From assembly GCA_024278835.1 (NCBI GenBank), contig JAJRSK010000025.1:41907-105906 (forward strand): DNA of 64,000 nucleotides. The letters run 5' to 3'. Origin of the DNA: Campylobacterales bacterium (GTDB lineage Bacteria > Campylobacterota > Campylobacteria > Campylobacterales > QNZT01). The notes under the pieces are model-generated. The model saw only the letters and a list, made by a program, of their open reading frames with translations. It was not told where the DNA came from and made no database searches. Both the position numbers and the translations under genes were made by a program. Positions 58,443-64,000 of the stretch are shown in pieces (within the stretch, counting starts at the first letter, position 1; every line of letters begins with the position of its first letter).

Positions 58443-58515
58443 TATTGTAAAGGATTTTTTCTTAATTCAAGGTAAAATATAATAAAAAGTTATAATAGGA
58501 CTATTTTAGTCTGAA

Positions 58516-59811
58516 TTAGTGCGTCGTACAAACAGAGCAAACATCAAAGGTTTTGAAAACAAACTCTGCTAGTTTTTCATCGCTTAAGCCTAACATCGCT
58601 TGTTGAGAGATACCTGGTGTTTCTCTATCGCCATTGCTTAGATTCCATTGTGTGGGTGTTATCATCTGATAGTTTCTGATAATCCCCTCCTCTAGTGTGA
58701 CTTTATGGATAAGTGAACCTCGCGCTGCTTCGACTGCTCCCACCCCAAATCCACTTAGTTTTTTGATATCTACCTCTGGCTTGATGTACGAAGGCTCACT
58801 CAAATCTATCTCTTTTAAAAGTGTCAAAGAGTGGTGTAGTAGTTGCAGTATCTCACAAGTTCGTGCTATGATACGAGAAAAGAGACTATCCCCATGTCGT
58901 CTATGTGATGCTTTGATGAGTGGGGTTTTTAAGAGCATCGCACGGCTGAGGGGGCCTACTTCGTAGTATTTTCCTTTATACATGACATTTTTAGCAAGGG
59001 AGTCCACATTGTCAAAGAGTTGCAGGTGGGATTCATCGATGCGTTCTTGCACGCGTGTTTTGAGTGATTTTCCTCTTTTAAAATAGGAACTTTCCCCAAA
59101 AACGATAAATCTATCAAAACTTTTCCCCAAATCTTCCCAACCATTTTTGATAATTGTATTGAGCATATAGGGCAAATCCCCCTCTTTGGAGAGTAGTGTC
59201 TCAATATTTTCACAAGAGAGTAACTTCTCACTCTCTGCCACAACGATATGCGTTTCAAAAAATTGCAAAGTCTCTTCAAGGATATTTTTCACTTGCAATA
59301 TCTCTAAGCCAGTCGGTTCACAAACCACACCACCCACGATGGCATAAGAGTTGTGTGGATACTGCCCTGCTAGATGTGCGATGGCTTTGGACATCAATCC
59401 ACTAGGCTTAGCAGCATGCATAATCTTCTGTTTCTCACCTAAAAGTGGCAAAAGCGTGAGATAAAACCACTTAAAATGGTTTTGAATGAGTTCAAAATTG
59501 AGTGTTAATTCGCGTAATATCTTTGCCTTGTTGCTTATCATGATAGAGGGATAACAGGCTTCTAGTGCTTTGACAGAGGCTTGCAGATGGGCATGTCCAC
59601 AGATACCACACACGCGTGGGGTAATCGTCAAGGCATCGAGTGCTGGTTTTGATTTGAGTATCTCTTCCATCCCACGACCCGAAAGAAACGCGATATCCAC
59701 AAAAGAGATTTTATCCTCTTCAAAATGAAAATTGAGTGTCGCCTCCCCTTCAATCTTCTCTATCAACTTTTTTACCGCAATCTTTTTACTCATCAAACAG
59801 ATCCTTTTCAA
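58516..59811 (-). CDS. Cytoplasmic group-2-like [NiFe]-hydrogenase large subunit
   Basis: PRVCGICGHAH N-terminal motif. The protein ends exactly at DVCSVCTTH, with no C-terminal extension. Confidence 0.8.
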   Translation of the reverse strand: MKRICLMSKKIAVKKLIEKIEGEATLNFHFEEDKISFVDIAFLSGRGMEEILKSKPALDALTITPRVCGICGHAHLQASVKALEACYPSIMISNKAKILRELTLNFELIQNHFKWFYLTLLPLLGEKQKIMHAAKPSGLMSKAIAHLAGQYPHNSYAIVGGVVCEPTGLEILQVKNILEETLQFFETHIVVAESEKLLSCENIETLLSKEGDLPYMLNTIIKNGWEDLGKSFDRFIVFGESSYFKRGKSLKTRVQERIDESHLQLFDNVDSLAKNVMYKGKYYEVGPLSRAMLLKTPLIKASHRRHGDSLFSRIIARTCEILQLLHHSLTLLKEIDLSEPSYIKPEVDIKKLSGFGVGAVEAARGSLIHKVTLEEGIIRNYQMITPTQWNLSNGDRETPGISQQAMLGLSDEKLAEFVFKTFDVCSVCTTH

Positions 59812-60655
59812 GTCTCTCTATCTTAAAAGCTTTTGTCACACCACTCAAAGTCAGATACGCCCGCTTGGGTACACCTAGTGGCAAAGTGTGCGGGATACCC
59901 ATGTTTTTCTTCGTAGTAAAAAGATTTTGTTTTGGGAAAGAGGGCTCCGTACATCCCATACATGGTTGCCCTGCTCTGGTTTTGGAGTTTACTTCATTCC
60001 ATAAAATCTTATTGCAACTCCCATGGGTATATGGTGCTTGGCAGCCATGGTCATAAAACATACACCCCTCTTTTTTACCAAAACTGTGGTCATCTATCTT
60101 GTATTCAAAATATTCATTTCTCGTGCAGCCATTATGTACGGTGTAAGAAAAAAACTCTTTAGGACGGTGATACTTATCTAAATTTAGGGTGATTTCATCG
60201 CGTATCATATAGAGCGTATTTGCCAAGAGATCAGGATGGATAGGACAGCCAGAGATACTCACTACCTTATCATGATAGGCAAACTCCCTACGCACCTCTT
60301 CTGTAAAGAGTAATCCACCACTATCATGATAGGGACTCTCTTTAAAGATTCCGCCAAAAGTAGAACAAGTCCCAACCGTCACAATCTTTTTGACATGTGG
60401 GGCATAAAGGTTGATGATATCAACGATTGACTCTCCTGCCCGTTTAAACTCCGAAGAGATAGAACCTTCGATGAGCAATATATCACTATCATGATAGCTT
60501 CTTACCATCTCTTCTAAGCTATAAGCACTATCAAAGAGAGGATGATGCACAAAGCTAAAATCTTCTAAAAATTTTTCAAGATGTGGATAATTTAAAAATG
60601 AGTGTGTATTGCCATTGCAGGCAATGCCTTGTAGCCAGAAAAGTTTAGGTTTCAT
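59786..60655 (-). CDS. Cytoplasmic group-2-like [NiFe]-hydrogenase small subunit (no Tat signal)
   Basis: The likely start MKPKLFWLQGIACNGN lacks any signal peptide. Fe-S Cys ligands are present. Confidence 0.8.
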   Translation of the reverse strand: MKPKLFWLQGIACNGNTHSFLNYPHLEKFLEDFSFVHHPLFDSAYSLEEMVRSYHDSDILLIEGSISSEFKRAGESIVDIINLYAPHVKKIVTVGTCSTFGGIFKESPYHDSGGLLFTEEVRREFAYHDKVVSISGCPIHPDLLANTLYMIRDEITLNLDKYHRPKEFFSYTVHNGCTRNEYFEYKIDDHSFGKKEGCMFYDHGCQAPYTHGSCNKILWNEVNSKTRAGQPCMGCTEPSFPKQNLFTTKKNMGIPHTLPLGVPKRAYLTLSGVTKAFKIERLEKDLFDE

Positions 60656-61244
60656 AAGAGCGCAACGCTTGGTAGATATTATTTGCGATATCATCAACAT
60701 AGTTATCTAAACTTTTAGGCAATATCTCTTCACCTTTTAGAAAAACCATGCCACCAAGATAGCCCATAAAGAGCCCAAATGCAGAGAAAAAATCTTGATC
60801 TCTAAGCTCCCCTTTCTCCACACCCTCTTCAAAAAATATCATAATTTCTGTCACAAAATCACTCACACAAATCATCCCCTCACAACCATCTTTAAAGACT
60901 TCACGATTTGAGAGATAGACACGCAAAAAATACTCAATCATCTCTGGCTCTTTTTGCGCGATAGTAAAATAGGTCGTAACAAAAGCGTGAATTTTCTCTT
61001 TTCAAGATAACTCTTGTTCATTGATTTTTCTAAGCTCTTTTCCAAGATAGGTAGAGATATATTTGATAATTTCCTTGGCTAAAATATCTTTGGATTTGAA
61101 GTAGTTGTACATATTGCCCACACTCATGTTGAGGGCTTTAGCGATATCAGGAATCGTCGTCGAATAAAAACCATCTGCAGAAAAAAGCTTGAGTGCCCCT
61201 ATCATGATAGACTCTTTTCGCTGCTCTTTGCTTGGTTTTGCCAT
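60645..61244 (-). pseudogene. TetR-family regulator interrupted by one in-frame TGA
   Basis: The N-terminal HTH ORF (61005..61244) and the C-terminal ORF are in the same frame, separated only by TGA at 61002..61004 (...NEQELS*KEKIHAFVTTYF...). Confidence 0.65.
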
Positions 61245-61394
61245 AAAAATCCTCTCTTTTACATTAGTATAGCAAAGAGAAGCTTTTTATGTTTTTAGAG
61301 GTGCCCTTGAGATTAAAAAATATTATGTGTAACAAAAAATGTAAATAGCCTCATGAACACCTAAGATATCGAACTTTATTATCTTGATATAATA

Positions 61395-61451
61395 AAAAGT
61401 GTAAATAAACCACCTTCCTCAGTAACATTTACTATATTTATTTACACTTTT
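61395..61451. promoter_or_regulatory. 15-bp perfect inverted repeat (TGTAAATA boxes) between the helicase 3' end and the TetR promoter
   Basis: AAAAGTGTAAATAAA-N27-TTTATTTACACTTTT. A further TGTAAATA copy lies at 61340..61347. Confidence 0.4.
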
Positions 61452-61523
61452 CATATTACACTATCCATAACAAGTTGCATGTTGAACAATGCTAAATCTC
61501 TTTTGAGATTATTGTTATAAAAC

Positions 61524-63611
61524 TCACAACAACACAGAACGCTCACCATACGATGTAATCAAAAGAGACTTCTTCGCCCTTGTAGCTGCTACAAAAACTA
61601 AAGATTTTTCTTTTAGTAGTCTTTCATCTTCTATTTGAGTTTCTTCTGATTTTTCACCTATTTCTAGTGGTACTACCCTATCATTCATACTTGCTATTAT
61701 CACATGGTCAAAATCAAGCCCTTTAACTCTATGCATAGTCGCTAGTCTTATAGCATCATTGGATAAATTATCTTTTGAATTTCTTGAGATTTTAAGTGTA
61801 TCGATACTATTTTCTGCAAAATAACTATCGTAACTATTTACTAGTTTTTGAGTTCTTACAACTATACAAATTCGGCTCTCTTTATGCTCATCTTTGATAC
61901 TTTTAATGTATTGATTTATAAACTCTACCTCTTCTTCATAGCTTTCAAAAAATTCAAGTTTTGGTTCTGGTCCATGGTATAGCGATTTATAATCCCCACT
62001 ACTATCGACTCCATCATCCAAGTTGTCAAAAGTTTCACCCTCCAAAAGTGATACTGCCCACTTTCGTATCTCGTCTGTTGTTCTATAATTAAGTTTTAGT
62101 TTTTTACTTCTTCCTACTATTTTTATGCCACATTGTCCAAGTACTACTTTGTGCCCATAAATTCTTTGATGTGCATCACCTACAACGAATATATCATTTT
62201 TTGCCTCTTCTACCATTTCTCTTAATAGCATAAAAGATTGTGCTGTTAAGTCTTGTGCCTCATCCACTATAATTGAAGAATACTTTTCTTTCATTTTCTC
62301 ATTATCTATCAAGATCCTAGCATCTCTCATTGCATCGCTTGGCTCTTTATAATTTTTAGCTGATAATAGTAATCTATACTCTTCAAAAACTTCCCATATT
62401 AATTTTCGTTGCTTTCTATTTAGCCTCGTACCTCTACCTACTCTTGATGCACCTATGTAGTCATTTATAGTATTAACAGATTGTGGCTGTATAACACGCT
62501 CCCACTCCTCTTTAAAAAAGCTATCAGGTAAATCCAGCTCACTTGGTTTAGACACTAGTGCTTTTTCCCATATAGCCTTTGTTTTATCATTATATACTAT
62601 CTCATTTTGATATCCATTTTTAGACAAAAACTCATATACCCATTGGTCTAAATTCTTTACTTCGATTTTATTTAGAGTCTCTTCATCACATATTTTTCTC
62701 AAATTCTCATATATATCAATCGCTAAATTTTTAGTGTAAGTAGTAAAGAGTATCTTTTTTGCATCAAATAAACTTGCTTTTTGTGCAAGATATTTTGCTC
62801 TGTGCATGGCAACGACTGTTTTACCTGTTCCAGCACCTCCTAACACTCTGACTGGTCCATTATAGTCTCTCTCAACAAGTTTTCTTTGTGTTGGATGTAG
62901 AAAAACTCTCCACTTCTCTAGTGGAGCATTAAGCATATTTATAAGCTCTGTATCATTCTCTTCTACAACATAAAAATGTCTTTTAGAACTATCATTATCC
63001 AATGCTTTGGTAAAGTTATCTGTATCTACTGCTTCTGAACTTGCAGTATAAATATAATTATACACCTCTTCAAAGTCATCTCCTGCTAACAGATAAAATA
63101 ACCCCTCATAAACTTCTTCAGGAAGATACTCTCTTATGGCATCTAAATCAGCCTCATTATCAATACTTCTAACATGCTCAAGCATCTCATCTAGAACACC
63201 TATTTTTAATAACTCTTTATCTTTAAATTTTGTAAAAAATGTCTCTTTTTTCTCTGTGACATTAACTGAAATTTTTTCTATCTCTTTTTCTACTTGAATA
63301 ATCTGCAAGCTACCTGTTTCGGGATTTACCATACATTTATGTTTCTTTGCCCAATCGTATGCTTCATCATGATTATCTACCCAAAGTAAAATATAAACAT
63401 CATCTTTTTGAGGGCTCATAACTATGCATCTATACGCACTATCTACCCTTATAGAGTGCATGTTTGGAGCAAAGTGCAATTTTTCATAATTTAATCCTGT
63501 TGATTTAGGATTGTTTTTAAACTTCTCTACTAACCTTATAGTTTTATTTAATTGTGTTCTTGGAAGTTTTGCAAGTGCTGTAAAAAAGTCTGATGAGATA
63601 GCTACTTTCAT
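61524..63611 (-). CDS. SF1 UvrD-like helicase with an N-terminal RelE/ParE-like domain
   Basis: Helicase motifs GGAGTGKT, IIVDEAQDL, VVGDAHQRIY, YRTT, TMHRVKGLDFDHVII and VAATRAKKSL. The N-terminal 95 aa follow the RelE/ParE pattern (IRVDSAYRCIVMSPQKDDVYILLWVDNHDEAY). Confidence 0.75.
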   Translation of the reverse strand: MKVAISSDFFTALAKLPRTQLNKTIRLVEKFKNNPKSTGLNYEKLHFAPNMHSIRVDSAYRCIVMSPQKDDVYILLWVDNHDEAYDWAKKHKCMVNPETGSLQIIQVEKEIEKISVNVTEKKETFFTKFKDKELLKIGVLDEMLEHVRSIDNEADLDAIREYLPEEVYEGLFYLLAGDDFEEVYNYIYTASSEAVDTDNFTKALDNDSSKRHFYVVEENDTELINMLNAPLEKWRVFLHPTQRKLVERDYNGPVRVLGGAGTGKTVVAMHRAKYLAQKASLFDAKKILFTTYTKNLAIDIYENLRKICDEETLNKIEVKNLDQWVYEFLSKNGYQNEIVYNDKTKAIWEKALVSKPSELDLPDSFFKEEWERVIQPQSVNTINDYIGASRVGRGTRLNRKQRKLIWEVFEEYRLLLSAKNYKEPSDAMRDARILIDNEKMKEKYSSIIVDEAQDLTAQSFMLLREMVEEAKNDIFVVGDAHQRIYGHKVVLGQCGIKIVGRSKKLKLNYRTTDEIRKWAVSLLEGETFDNLDDGVDSSGDYKSLYHGPEPKLEFFESYEEEVEFINQYIKSIKDEHKESRICIVVRTQKLVNSYDSYFAENSIDTLKISRNSKDNLSNDAIRLATMHRVKGLDFDHVIIASMNDRVVPLEIGEKSEETQIEDERLLKEKSLVFVAATRAKKSLLITSYGERSVLL

Positions 63612-64000
63612 GTTTGTATCCTTTGCTCTATAGTTTTTATAATTTTATCACTTTCTTGTATGTGAAATATATCCCAACCATCTAGTTTGATATCGGGCTT
63701 TATTGTGATAGCGATGTTTAGTTCTTTCCATATCAACTCTGCTTCTTCTTCATTTTCAAGTTCCTCACCAACTAAAGGAACTGGGATATTTATATTTTTA
63801 GAGAGCTGTTTGACAAGTTCTTTGGCTATAGCTTGAACTTCTTCATAAACAAACCCCCACTCTTCATTTGTATCATCTTTTTTACCAAAAGGTATATCAT
63901 CATAAAGATTTTCATTTATTCCTTTTGTTGTTGTAAAAAAACTATTTTCCAAAAACTGCGTTACATTATAAAGTCGAAGTAATCCAGCCCATGATTTAAA
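63608..64000 (-). CDS. 3' part of an unknown gene co-transcribed with the helicase (5' end outside window)
   Basis: The frame stays open to the window edge (...FKSWAGLLRLYNVTQFLENSFF...). 4-nt ATGA overlap with the helicase start. Acidic; no family recognised. Confidence 0.5.
   Translation of the reverse strand, partial: FKSWAGLLRLYNVTQFLENSFFTTTKGINENLYDDIPFGKKDDTNEEWGFVYEEVQAIAKELVKQLSKNINIPVPLVGEELENEEEAELIWKELNIAITIKPDIKLDGWDIFHIQESDKIIKTIEQRIQT

Larger units (their letters stand above)
8459..61210. repeat. Dispersed highly iterated palindrome CTATCATGATAG (10-bp core TATCATGATA, 42 copies)
   Basis: Starts of the exact 10-mer are listed in the first finding. There are 15 full 12-mers. 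The copies share no flanking similarity. Confidence 0.9.

Noticed and set aside
61002-61004. The in-frame TGA in the TetR gene as a selenocysteine codon.
   Set aside because: No convincing SECIS-like hairpin follows the codon; only a 4-bp A/U pairing is possible. A Sec residue in a TetR linker has no precedent that I know of. A nonsense mutation or sequencing error is more likely.
1-64000. Prophage, IS element or integrative island boundaries.
   Set aside because: No integrase, transposase, tRNA attachment site or flanking direct repeats were found. The accessory islets are inferred only from gene content, composition and absence of the iterated palindrome.

Overview
This is a 64-kb chromosomal segment that looks like a Campylobacterota (epsilonproteobacterial) sulfur/hydrogen chemolithotroph. 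That call is inference from gene content and order: flgB-flgC-fliE-pbp, hydABCD, a Psr-like molybdoenzyme and SQR. By eye the sequence is about 60% A+T. No rRNA, tRNA, CRISPR array, transposase or integrase was seen.

Gene content, left to right:
- ychF 3' end, a Cys-rich lipoprotein, and a Wza/Wzz-like polysaccharide export trio.
- A minus-strand housekeeping block: PBP1A, ABC ATPase, bioF-like, maf, alaS, murG, ftsW.
- flgB-flgC-fliE-PBP2-RND.
- A sulfur-respiration cluster: Psr/Phs-like ABC, a cytochrome b/diheme-c fusion, cytochrome c, and a Tat-signal SQR.
- ClpP-like protease / NfeD / SPFH, then pfkA, rpsF-ssb-rpsR, holA and rnr.
- A roughly 21-kb [NiFe]-hydrogenase supercluster. It holds hypA, hypX, hypE, hypD, hypC, hypB, a Ni transporter, hypF, a HypF-like paralog, hydDCBA, a second cytoplasmic group-2-like hydrogenase and a TetR gene.
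- An A+T-rich tail encoding an SF1 helicase with a RelE/ParE-like N-terminus.

Most unusual observations:
1. A 12-bp perfect palindrome, CTATCATGATAG, is massively over-represented. I counted 42 exact copies of its 10-bp core TATCATGATA. The copies sit inside unrelated genes on both strands and impose Tyr-His-Asp or Ile-Met-Ile tripeptides or Met-Ile starts. The behaviour resembles a HIP1-like or uptake-sequence-like element.
2. Long palindrome-free stretches coincide with the sulfur cluster, the toxin-antitoxin islets and the helicase tail.
3. Three toxin-antitoxin modules and a Uma2 nuclease are wedged into the hyp operons.
4. The TetR gene overlapping the cytoplasmic hydrogenase carries an in-frame TGA.
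5. There is a small family of intergenic hairpins with a conserved loop and covarying stems, plus a 76-bp tandem repeat between flgB and flgC.

All counts come from a manual scan and may miss a few sites.
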